A DNA stretch of 64,000 nt. Origin: Pecten maximus. Its lineage: Eukaryota. This document shows positions 25,201 through 33,887 of this stretch, piece by piece; the first letter of the stretch is position 1; each line of letters starts with the position of its first letter. A program made the translations under genes and the position numbers. Under the pieces are notes generated by a model. It had not been told where the DNA came from and ran no database searches. It saw only the letters and a program-made list of their open reading frames with translations. The stretch is from NCBI RefSeq assembly GCF_902652985.1, contig NC_047024.1, positions 36,022,001-36,086,000 on the forward strand, read 5' to 3'.

Positions 25201-28200
25201 CCCTGATTGGTCCTTTCGCCCAGTATCCATACACGCGGTCTTTATTGACCTTAACTGTCGTAAGGATATAAGCCCCTAACAAAAAAAACAATCTCCAGTC
25301 TACACAGCTGTATAGATAAATACCAGTATCTTAGACTTAAATCAAGTACTCCTAACCTGTCAGTCCAGCAGAAACCAGGAAAGTTTTTGAACTTTTAAAA
25401 TTTCCCTTTAATTGGAAGGAATACTTTTTCATGAAAATTATTTACTTTGATCATAGAAAACACAGAGCCAGTCATGAATGCCGACCAGGAAAGTTTAACA
25501 GATATGACTGTTAACATCAACGAACCGCGACCAGATCCCGTTTACTTACGCAGAGAGAAGCAGGCTCCACCAACACTGGTCCCACAAAAACATCCCCATG
25601 GTATAAGTCCTGGCCGAGAGTCTCATCCTCATTCTGGACAAGCACGACCTCTAACATACGGCAATGATAACAGTACATTGAACCGCCAGTCTCGGTCACA
25701 GACCACACGTCCAGATCCCGTCCCAGGTGAGAGCTCATCACATCCATGTGCCTTTAAAAGTTTCTTGTATGTGATATTTTGTAACATTTTCTAATAAATT
25801 TGATAATTGAAGTTTGATATTGAAAAAGTTCAGCAACTCTGAATGGGTTAGCCATTCACACCAATATTGTCAGTTTGCGTTGTCTATCTTTTGAGTGAAC
25901 ACAGCTTCACTGCTTGTGGTGGATTTGGTGATGTTTTGAGAGGAGGGAAAGAATTTAAGCAGGGCAGAAAGTTTAATTACAGTATGCTTACAAAATTTGA
26001 ACTTTGGAAAATGGAAAAGTACCTCACTCTTCTCATCAAGGAATATGAGTTGAAGAATTTTCATTTTGTCAAAAAACGACACAGGAGCCTTCCTTTGATA
26101 TCACAATGAGATAGGTGTATAAGCATTAAGATATGTAACAACATGTGTATAATGTATGTGTTGTTTAGGTCAACCTTATGCAGGAGCAGCAGCTCAAAAG
26201 ATGGGAAGTGCACCACTGCGCAAATTTTCACCAAACCAGATGACTCGCGGAAACACAAACATGTCTAAACAATCGGTAGGTGATCTTGATGGAATCCTCT
26301 TGATTGGTGTTTAATTTACAGCATGTAGTTTGAAAATTGTGGTAAATTTTGATCTAAAATTGTGAATTAACATTTCCAATAGAATATTATAGGTATCGTA
26401 ACATAAAAAAATGTCACAATTTTTGCCACAATTCTATTTTTGTCATACACTGTATGTCCTCTTGGCTTCATGGATTCAATTTAGTAATTGTATGTCAAGT
26501 GGCTGGTCACATTTTCACTATAACAATGTGCTTATGTGAAAAATTGATATATTAGACAGTTTTTGTGTCACACTTGTTGTACAACATTGTGGAAAACCTT
26601 ATTGTATTGTCATTAATATCGATGACTTGTCATATGATGCTATAGGAAATATATATGTAACTTGAACTATCCTTGCATGTTGCATGTTAATCATAGCATG
26701 TCTGTATGATGTCACTTCCTATTCCCTGGGGAAATAAAATTCAAGTCTGGGTTATTATCTGGGTTATCTTAACTCTTAGACTCCTTTTAAATTTTCTTGG
26801 TTACATATGTACTAAAACTCTTTGATTCCTTATTGAATTTTCTGGTTTACTAAAACCCTAAGTTTCCTTTCTGAACTGTAACATAACTGCTGTATACAGG
26901 GAATTTTTACCCAGTGTAATATTAACCTTTAAAATCTATATATTTTTTTCTTGTTGGACTTTTACCACTTCACCTAGTGAGCAGATCCTACCATCAAAAA
27001 CAGTAAAATGTGAACTGTAGTGACAATTTCCTAGTATACAGCATTAACTTCGTCACTTCCACAATCTCTAAACTGTCTTAACCCATACAATAAGCCTTCA
27101 AACTTATGAAGCGGAGTTCAGTTTGAAGGAACTCGGAATGCTGTAGATCTGCTGTATTTGGAAGAGGCTATCAGAAGCTGTAATCCATTGAAGAGTTCGA
27201 TGAGTTCCTCTAAAGTATATATATTTCTGTAGCACTGGTGATGTTGGGTTCAGCTTGAAAGTGGATTTGTTTATTTATCAGTGTGCTATCCTTGCAGAAT
27301 TTGACAAAACTAGCGATTTGATGTTTGCGGTTAAACCATATTTTATATTTTCTGTGAGGTGATGTGTTGTTTTGGACCATTTTGCTTTATTGACAAAATT
27401 TTACATCTTTATTCAAAATAATCCAAAAGGTTTTTGCTTTGAAATGATGAGCTAAATTCTGAAAGTAAACAAAAGTAAAGAGACACTCCTGGAGTTGTTC
27501 CTGACATTCTATTCTGCAAGGATACAGTGCTGAACTGTGGTTTCCATGGTAACTTGATGGTGTTCATGGTAACTTGATGGTGTCCATGGTTACTACAGAA
27601 GGTGGTCTACTGGATCTGTACTGCCTAAAGTCAGCAACAAAATGGATTCTTATTAAAATCTTATGTTGTCAGAGAAAGTAAGGTTTGCTGAACCTGCTGT
27701 ACATGTATATTGTTCCTGGAGACAAATCAATGTTCTACTGTGTAACTATTATAGGTCTACATGTATGATATTATTTAATTGTGCTAAATTTATCCTCAGT
27801 CATTTTGGAACAACTCCTCAAGAAATAGAAAGACTGTGAGTTTTGCTTGATATAGCAATGCCGGACATTGTCACGGTACAGTCGTATACGGTACTAAGTA
27901 GCACCACACAGAGTGTTTTAGCATGCCATTCACTGAGTTTGTCACCGACACAAAACTAGATCTGGGTTATACTGCGGCCTGAAAATAAAACAAAGAAAAC
28001 TGTTTGATACAACCCGACTGAATACCATACAGTAACAACACTGGAAACACAACGTCTATTGTTTCCTTTTCATTTCTGTGACAATGTGATTAAATTTTAA
28101 AAATCAATTGGTGGAGAGAAAAATAATTCTGTGATAAAAAAGGCTTCTGTTTAAAATGAAGAACAGACTTTGCAGGGAAAAATATATTCATAAAAGCAGA

Positions 28201-31200
28201 ATAGCAAGCTTTATGTGTACATGTATATTGATTGTGTAGGTTTCACCAATGAATTTTTATAGCAACAAAAACTAGATACATTATTTAATACCCCATTGTA
28301 AATACATACTCTACATAACACAACACACAGCAAAAACACAAAATGTTGGCCACATGGAATAGTAATGTGTTAACAATAAAAAATAGTCAGTGAACACCTA
28401 AATGGTAATTGTTTATGGTTTCCATGGTAACCTTTTGTAAGATCCTTTGTTTTACCACACTTTCAGAGGTCACAGACCAGTTTCCTGAATTTCCTGTTGG
28501 CTTCTGCACCTGAGCACTGATTCACACTGTAAACAGTTACACTATATCTAGACTTGTAACCCCGTAACCTTGACAACCTGATCTAGCCACATAACCCCAT
28601 AACCTTGACAACCTGGATGTGTGATTACCCTAACAAACACATGCATGACTTGTGTGTTTATTAGAAAAGTGTGCATTGTCAATCAAATCTATGATCATAT
28701 TGTGACTAACTTTGTCTTAGATTTATGGGATTAGGTATATTGCTATGGTTACCTAGAGCCATAGTTATGTTTCACATTTTAGAAAGGTCAAGATGGTTAG
28801 ATATATCTTGTAGTAGCACCACAGTAGGTTGGATTATATAGTTGACAAGCTTTCACCACTATTATACCTTAATATTACATTTGTTTATCATTTTCTTGAA
28901 TGTTTAATTTATATGTCCTGTAACCTTGGTTACTGGGTACTACGTGGTCCCCTGTAGCCTGGTTACCCTGTTCCGTGTCCTTGGTAGCCCTAGTTGTTAA
29001 TATTGTACTCTGTTATACTTGTAGCTTTAGTTACATGATACTTCTCCATTCCTTCACAACCTTAATTACCCTGTACTCCCAAGTCCCTTTTAATCTTGGC
29101 AATGTCAGTACTCCCCTGTCCATTGCAACCTCGGTTATGCCATAATCCACTGTCCATTGTAATATGTCACACCCCACTATCTATTGTAACAATAGTCATT
29201 CTTTATTTCCATGTTGTCCTGTTATAACCTTGCATTCTACCATATGATTCACCATGTGTTCTTTGCAACCATAGTTACATTACTCCCAGCCATGAATATG
29301 CCTGGGATCCTTAGATTTGGTTACCATTTACTCCTGTAACTCTTGTAGTCATGGTTACCCTGTACTCCTGTGACTCTTGTAGTCATGGTTACCCTGTACT
29401 CCTGTGACTCTTGTAGTCATGGTTACCCTGTACTCCTGTGACTCTTGTAGTCATGGTTACCCTGTACTCCTGTGACTCTTGTAGTCTTGGGTACCATGTA
29501 TTTCTGTGACCCTTGTAGCCTTAGTTATGTACTCAAATGACCCTGGATTACCCTGTACATCAATGTAGTTGACCATTGTAGTTTTGGTTACCATGGTCTC
29601 CATTGACTTTACCCTGCATTCCTGTGATCCTTGTAAAATGTAGCCTTGGTTACCATGTGTTCCTATGACCCTTGTAGCCTTAGTTACCATGTACTCCTAT
29701 GATCCTTGTAACCTTGGTTACCATGTACTCCTATGACCCTCGTAGCATTGGTTACCATGTACTACTATGACCCTCGTAGCCTGGGTTACCATGTACTCCT
29801 TTGACCCTCGTAGCCTGGGTTACCATGTACTCCTATGACCCTCGTAGCCTTGGTTACCATGTACTCCTATGACCCTCGTAGCCTGGGTTACGATGTACTC
29901 CTTTGACCCTCGTAGCCTGGGTTACGATGTACTCCTTTGACCCTCGTAGCATTGGTTACCATGTACTCCTATGACCCTCGTAGCCTGGGTTACCATGTAC
30001 TCCTATGACCCTCGTAGCATTGGTTACCATGTACTACTATGACCCTCGTAGCCTGTGTTACCATGTACTCCTTTGACCCTCGTAGCCTGGGTTACGATGT
30101 ACTCCTTTGACCCTCGTAGCATTGGTTACCATGTACTCCTATGACCCTCGTAGCCTGGGTTACCATGTACTCCTATGACCCTCGTAGCCTGGGTTACCAT
30201 GTACTCCTATGACCCTCGTAGCCTGGGTTACCATGTACTCCTATGACCCTCGTAGCCTGGGTTACCATGTACTCCTATGACCCTCGTAGCCTGGGTTACC
30301 ATGTACTCCTATGACCCTCGTAGCATTGGTTACCATGTACTACTATGACCCTCGTAGCCTGGGTTACCATGTACTCCTTTGACCCTCGTAGCCTGGGTTA
30401 CGATGTACTCCTTTGACCCTCGTAGCATTGGTTACCATGTACTCCTATGACCCTCGTAGCCTGGGTTACCATGTACTCCTATGACCCTCGTAGCCTGGGT
30501 TACCATGTACTCCTATGACCCTCGTAGCCTGGGTTACGATGTACTCCTTTGACCCTCGTAGCATTGGTTACCATGTACTCCTATGACCCTCGTAGCCTGG
30601 GTTACCATGTACTCCTATGACCCTCGTAGCCTGGGTTACCATGTACTCCTATGACCCTTGTAGCCTTATTTACCATGTACTCCTATGACCCTCGTAGCAT
30701 TGGTTACCATGTACTCCTATGACCCTCGTAGCCTGGGTTACCATGTACTACTATGACCCTCGTAGCCTGGGTTACCATGTACTCCTATGACCCTCGTAGC
30801 CTGGGTTACCATGTACTCCTTTGACCTGTCACCTGCATTCCTGTGATCCTTATAACTTTGGTGACTCCTGTGTCCCTTTTCCTAGTTATACCATCCCATA
30901 CTTCACAATGTTAATTGAGCTATTAGAAATGTAAATTCTACATGATAATTGGCATGATTTTAATATTAGGTAATGCTCAATTTACATTTAACAACATTTA
31001 ACCGTAATGTACCCAACCTATAGAAATAACTTAACATCTGAACTTTTCTCTGCACTTTAAATTCATGGCATAAACTTGTAGTTTAGCAACCATACATAAC
31101 CCCAATCCACAACCAGTACTGATGTCATACACTAAGTATCATTATTTGGTGTCACCAATTACATAAATGTTCACATTGATTTCATGAGGACTTTGATCAC

Positions 31201-33887
31201 ACGTTACCTCCCTTTGACTAATGACCTTTCACCTTCATTTGATCTTTGCTTGTTTAAATTCTGTACACAGCTATCGTATATCATGGAATTCAACTATCTA
31301 CCTTGAATTTTTTTATTCTGCAGATTATATTTTTTATATTTATACATCTTAATAAGGTGAATGATATGATATCTACATCCATTGCTGTTTACAGTATCAG
31401 TAACATATCACACAACGGTGTTTTGGTTCATCAGTCAGTCAAAGGGAGAAACATTTGATCAGGTCCAAGTTCTGTCAGTGACAAAATGACAAGGCTCTGG
31501 CATTTTGTTTCTATTTTAGGCTGGTACTATCCGGTTTGGACCACCGACACCTTTCTTATCTCCCTTGCAGCAAGAGTTCAACAGCCGTTCCACTTCACTT
31601 GTTCGCTTCACTAGTTAAATCACGAACTTCCCTAGGTGTGTTAACAAGTTTTCATCTTAATATTGCAATAGTGAAAACATTAATAGACCCCCCCTCCCCC
31701 AATCTCACTTTAAAATTGTCATCAGTTATTTAAAAAAAATTAATATATGAAGCAGTTTTTTTTTATCTCCCCAGAAATTCTAGATGTCCATTGTTTCTCT
31801 CTATTTCTAACTTAATTAGCAGGGAGAAGGGCTCTCATATCACTGCAGTAATATCCTCCATAGTGAAGAGTCTAACATGATCTAGTTTGCTGTGGTCCCT
31901 TATATATTTGCCTGTTATAAGATTTGGAGTTTAACCTTGACCGTAAGTTTGCCGTGCTCCGTATCATGAGATTGTTTGATATTGTTTGGTTTGTCCCGTG
32001 TGTGTGATGTGGTTTGCTGTTAGCTGATTTTGTATGATTGGGATTTTGTTTTATCAGATGTTGAGTGAAATTCTAGATAGGAAATCATTGATTGATATGT
32101 ATGATTTTCAACTGACAGAATTTTACCATTATTTGAAGGTCAAGGTAACATTTTTAAATGATTTTGTTTAATGTTGATTCAATACAGTATCATCATTTTT
32201 GCTTACTTTTATCATATAACATGCAATGATTCCGTAGAGAACAGATTAGTATACATGCTGTGAGGAATATTGAGGAGATTTATTCTTTTATCAAACTCCG
32301 GCTATCAATCATATGTCCTTTTTTTAATTTAGATAAACTTTATTCTGAATGTTTCACACATTATGCATCCTCGGCCTCAGGTGAAAATCACACTTAGTAA
32401 ATAAGCGATTGTGTGATTTTCACCTGGGGCCGAGGATGCACATTATGTAGAGACTTCCTTTTGCATAATAAATTAACATGATTTTAAAGACATTTTCCTT
32501 TAAAAGAATTTCCATTTCATTTTTTATCTATCACAGAAATAATCAAAAGCATTAAAAAATATTTTTTTCTGAGAGCTTTTCTCTTTCTTGCAAGAATTAA
32601 TCTTTTTTATCAATTTTATTTACTAGATCAATCCTTTTCTGCTTATGATTTATGCTGTATATGTAACATGACAAGTAAAATCACTTTGGGATGATCAAAG
32701 TCTGCAGTGTTACACTTTCATTGATAGGGAGCTATGTCCCTTTAATGGACTCTGGGGTTTACATGGGGATCAATTATTTGTATTCTAGGGTAGAGGATGA
32801 GCTTTGATAGACTTGGGTATAGACAGGGCATTCAATTCTCCTAGACACAAGGGTAACAAAGGTAAACTTCCATGGACACTGGGGTTAGGATAGGACAAAC
32901 AGTTACGTTGTCTTAAGGGTAGAGAGTCGGGAGATTCATAAGGTTGGGGTTACGATCATTTAGGCTTTAGGGTAGAGAGGGATAGGAAGTGAGATTGTAA
33001 TATTGCTCTTAGTTACAGTATTTAGCGTCATACTGTCCATAGCTACAGTAGGTAGTGTTATACTGTCCATAGCTACAGTAGGTAGTGTTATACTGTCCAT
33101 AGCTACAGTAGGTAGTGTTATACTGTCTATAGCTACAGTAGGTAGTGTTATACTGTCCATAGCTACAGTAGGTAGTGTTATACTGTCCATAGCTACAGTA
33201 GGTAGTGGTATACTGTCTATAGCTACATTATATGGTGTTATACTGTCCATAGTTACAGTAGGTAGTGTTATACTGTCCATAGCTACAGTATGTAGTGTTA
33301 TACTGTCCATAGTTACAGTAGGTGGTGTTATACTGTCCATAGTTACAGTAGGTAGTGTTATACTGTCCATAGCTACAGTAGGTGGTGTTATACTATCCAT
33401 AGCTACAGTAGGTAGTGTTATACTGTCCATAGTTACAGTAGGTGGTGTTATACTGTCCATAGTTACAGTATGTAGTGTTATACTGTCCATAGCTACAGTA
33501 AGTAGTGTTATACTGTCCATAGTTACAGTAGGTAGTGTTATACTGTCCATAGTTACAGTAGGTGGTGTTATACTATCCATAGCGAGGCTAGATAGTGTTA
33601 TACTGTAGATGGTATGGTCGTCATAAGGACATAGTACATAAGGAGTAAGTGTTGATTAGTGGTAAATATCATATCATAATTAAATAATGATTTAGAGCTT
33701 TATATTTCAATTTTGAATTAAAGTATTTTGATTTATTTTTCAGGAAAATGAGCGGCCATCGACTCCACCAAATTCATTCATGACTCCCCACAACAGATTT
33801 GAGACGGGGTTAAAGCAGATCCAGTCCCAGCACAATATGGATTTCCTGCCCCCAATGCCACGCCCCCCTCTCTTCTCCTCATGGTAG
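1186..33887 (+). CDS. LMNTD1: Lamin-tail-domain protein (LMNTD1/IFLTD1-like) with N-terminal intermediate-filament rod; 5'-partial spliced gene
   Basis: Core model join(1186-1275,2234-2422,3936-4215,4630-4755,5909-6129,6757-7133,12803-12992,20398-20473,23493-23723,24906-24993,25457-25726,26169-26275,33744-33887). All introns are GT-AG, phases are consistent, and it gives ~795 open codons to TAG. Rod-end motif LKAEIEAMKVLLEEEERR. The tail domain AIGDIKILEVNQEGKYIRLSN..QQNVGG..YRFP..TVWSG..HQPPTDYVWKEQ..CTTILCKPNGQAIAW closely resembles human LMNTD1 as recalled. Confidence 0.8.
2234..2422 (+). CDS. LMNTD1: LMNTD1-like exon, coil 1B
   Basis: ttag| ... AG|gtaag, 189 bp, heptad-rich FSVEVDKNRKL..ENENYKRR. 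Confidence 0.85.
2490..2968. repeat. 85-bp tandem repeat, ~5.5 copies
   Basis: aaacctagcaatag..gtcggtgagacg recurs at 2491, 2576 and onward. Confidence 0.95.
3936..4215 (+). CDS. LMNTD1: LMNTD1-like exon, coil 1B end / L12 / coil 2 start
   Basis: cacag| ... AAT|gtaag, 280 bp; EQLIRQECEDKL..EFNEQVFNQQMNE resembles lamin EMLRRVDAENRL..DFQKNIYSEELRE. Confidence 0.88.
4630..4755 (+). CDS. LMNTD1: LMNTD1-like exon, coil 2 (126 bp)
   Basis: cacag| ... CAG|gtatg, phase 0-0, ELKARITSLEGQ. Confidence 0.88.
4940..5340. mobile_element. Non-autonomous element ending in a ~170-bp palindrome (Crypton-like)
   Basis: Inverted arms 5167-5250 / 5253-5335 with three TC/TC mismatches; small palindrome 4953-4976. 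Family assignment is inference. Confidence 0.55.
5649..5869 (+). mobile_element. tRNA-derived V-domain SINE, full length
   Basis: A box TGGCCGAGTGG, B box GTTCGAAAC, V-like core GGTTTTTCTCCGGGTACTCCGGCTTTCCTCC, (ACAA)n tail, 11-bp TSD tatatgtaatt. Confidence 0.9.
5909..6129 (+). CDS. LMNTD1: LMNTD1-like exon, end of rod (221 bp)
   Basis: ttacag| ... AG|gtata; contains IF helix-termination-like motif LKAEIEAMKVLLEEEERR. Confidence 0.9.
6357..6625. repeat. 26-bp minisatellite attacctccctttatggtttagtatg
   Basis: ~10 copies. Confidence 0.95.
6757..7133 (+). CDS. LMNTD1: LMNTD1-like exon, Pro/Ser/Thr-rich linker
   Basis: tttcag| ... CAG|gtaag, 377 bp, phase 2-1, open frame. Confidence 0.82.
7669..10790. 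repeat. 28-bp satellite atagtggactgttatctatagatattgt, ~3.1 kb
   Basis: ~110 highly homogeneous copies, each with the palindrome tatctatagata. Confidence 0.98.
10816..10956 (+). CDS. LMNTD1: Candidate cassette exon (Tyr-rich, internal duplication PSY.R.LGHS)
   Basis: tttcag| ... G|gtacgt, 141 bp symmetric phase 1-1, open in the correct frame. Confidence 0.5.
11819..12453. repeat. 45-bp minisatellite ggaggggagataattcactgtagactgtcagataacatggttaat
   Basis: ~14 copies, degenerating toward the 3' end. Confidence 0.95.
12803..12992 (+). CDS. LMNTD1: LMNTD1-like exon (SLGQGKDYFDEMFRDL..HDYNTSTS)
   Basis: ttcag| ... AG|gtgag, 190 bp, phase 1-2. Confidence 0.85.
13724..13783 (+). CDS. LMNTD1: Candidate cassette exon (RSESVGLPECESPDNTFTF)
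   Basis: ttgcagcag NAGNAG acceptor, AG|gtac donor, 60 bp phase 2-2, GC-richer than flanks. Confidence 0.45.
14520..14588 (+). CDS. LMNTD1: Candidate cassette exon with basic NLS-like cluster (EGKKAKKGKLKRKLCGEQYYYA)
   Basis: tcgcag| ... CAG|gtaagg strong sites, 69 bp phase 2-2, purine-rich. Confidence 0.6.
15531..16504. repeat. 33-bp minisatellite gacattaaacatctacatatccatggtattggt
   Basis: ~29 copies. Confidence 0.97.
17222..17697. repeat. 49-bp G-run minisatellite
   Basis: ttttacactaggggagggggcttatttgaggataaatatggtactaaac, ~10 copies. Confidence 0.95.
18810..19210. repeat. 32-bp minisatellite gatactgtgtctgactctttacttctctgttt
   Basis: ~12 copies. Confidence 0.95.
20269..20307 (+). CDS. 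LMNTD1: Candidate microexon (DLILPRGKNSNY)
   Basis: cacatag| ... CAG|gtaaaa, 39 bp phase 2-2, 90 bp upstream of the next exon. Confidence 0.35.
20398..20473 (+). CDS. LMNTD1: LMNTD1-like exon, start of lamin tail domain
   Basis: gacag| ... CAG|gtaag; AIGDIKILEVNQEGKYIRLSNDSEQ. Confidence 0.92.
21466..22770. repeat. 30-bp minisatellite atgtgtggtacattatttggactaccctgt
   Basis: ~43 copies, register shift at 22041. Confidence 0.97.
23493..23723 (+). CDS. LMNTD1: LMNTD1-like exon, core of lamin tail domain
   Basis: tctag| ... CAG|gtagg, 231 bp phase 0-0; YRFP, TVW, PPTDYVWK, TILCKPNGQ. Confidence 0.93.
23897..24334. repeat. 30-bp minisatellite gacctagatttgtatggtgggtgttgtcgt
   Basis: ~14 copies. 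Confidence 0.95.
24526..24905. repeat. 22-bp minisatellite tagaatttcattgtttacattg ending at a splice acceptor
   Basis: ~17 degenerate copies. Confidence 0.9.
24906..24993 (+). CDS. LMNTD1: LMNTD1-like exon, end of tail domain (AIAWTTAAHRF..)
   Basis: tgtag| ... AAG|gtggg, 88 bp. Confidence 0.88.
25457..25726 (+). CDS. LMNTD1: LMNTD1-like exon, C-terminal low-complexity region
   Basis: catag| ... CAG|gtgag, 270 bp phase 1-1. Confidence 0.85.
26169..26275 (+). CDS. LMNTD1: LMNTD1-like exon (GQPYAGAAAQKMGSAPLRK..)
   Basis: tttag| ... TCG|gtagg, 107 bp phase 1-0. Confidence 0.8.
29318..30825. repeat. 34-bp minisatellite gttaccatgtactcctatgaccctcgtagcctgg
   Basis: ~44 copies; degenerate relatives extend back to ~28900. 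Confidence 0.95.
31520..31618 (+). CDS. LMNTD1: Candidate alternative terminal exon A (AGTIRFGPPTPFLSPLQQEFNSRSTSLVRFTS*)
   Basis: Strong acceptor cattttgtttctattttag|, phase 0, 33 codons to TAA, GC-richer than flanks, no good in-frame donor. Confidence 0.6.
   Translation, partial: AGTIRFGPPTPFLSPLQQEFNSRSTSLVRFTS
32366..32438. mobile_element. 73-bp MITE with 28-bp TIRs and 9-bp TSD
   Basis: catcctcggcctcaggtgaaaatcacac ... gtgtgattttcacctggggccgaggatg flanked by cacattatg on both sides. Confidence 0.8.
33008..33606. repeat. 30-bp minisatellite ggtagtgttatactgtccatagctacagta
   Basis: ~20 copies. Confidence 0.96.
33744..33887 (+). CDS. LMNTD1: Terminal exon B (ENERPSTPPNSFMTPHNRF..MDFLPPMPRPPLFSSW*)
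   Basis: tttttcag| phase 0, 48 codons to TAG, followed by UTR-like sequence. Confidence 0.8.
   Translation, partial: ENERPSTPPNSFMTPHNRFETGLKQIQSQHNMDFLPPMPRPPLFSSW

Noticed and set aside
27042-27109. Extra terminal exon ALTSSLPQSLNCLNPYNKPSNL*
   Set aside because: Weak acceptor, needs a phase-1 donor, no motif support.
28467-28520. Extra terminal exon RSQTSFLNFLLASAPEH*
   Set aside because: Plausible acceptor, but too short to distinguish from chance without transcripts.
32960-33608. 201/206-aa ORFs, superficially mucin- or antifreeze-like
   Set aside because: 30-bp minisatellite in the last intron.
1186-33887. Canonical B-type nuclear lamin
   Set aside because: No CaaX at either terminus, degenerate rod end, very long linker and LMNTD1-type tail signatures.
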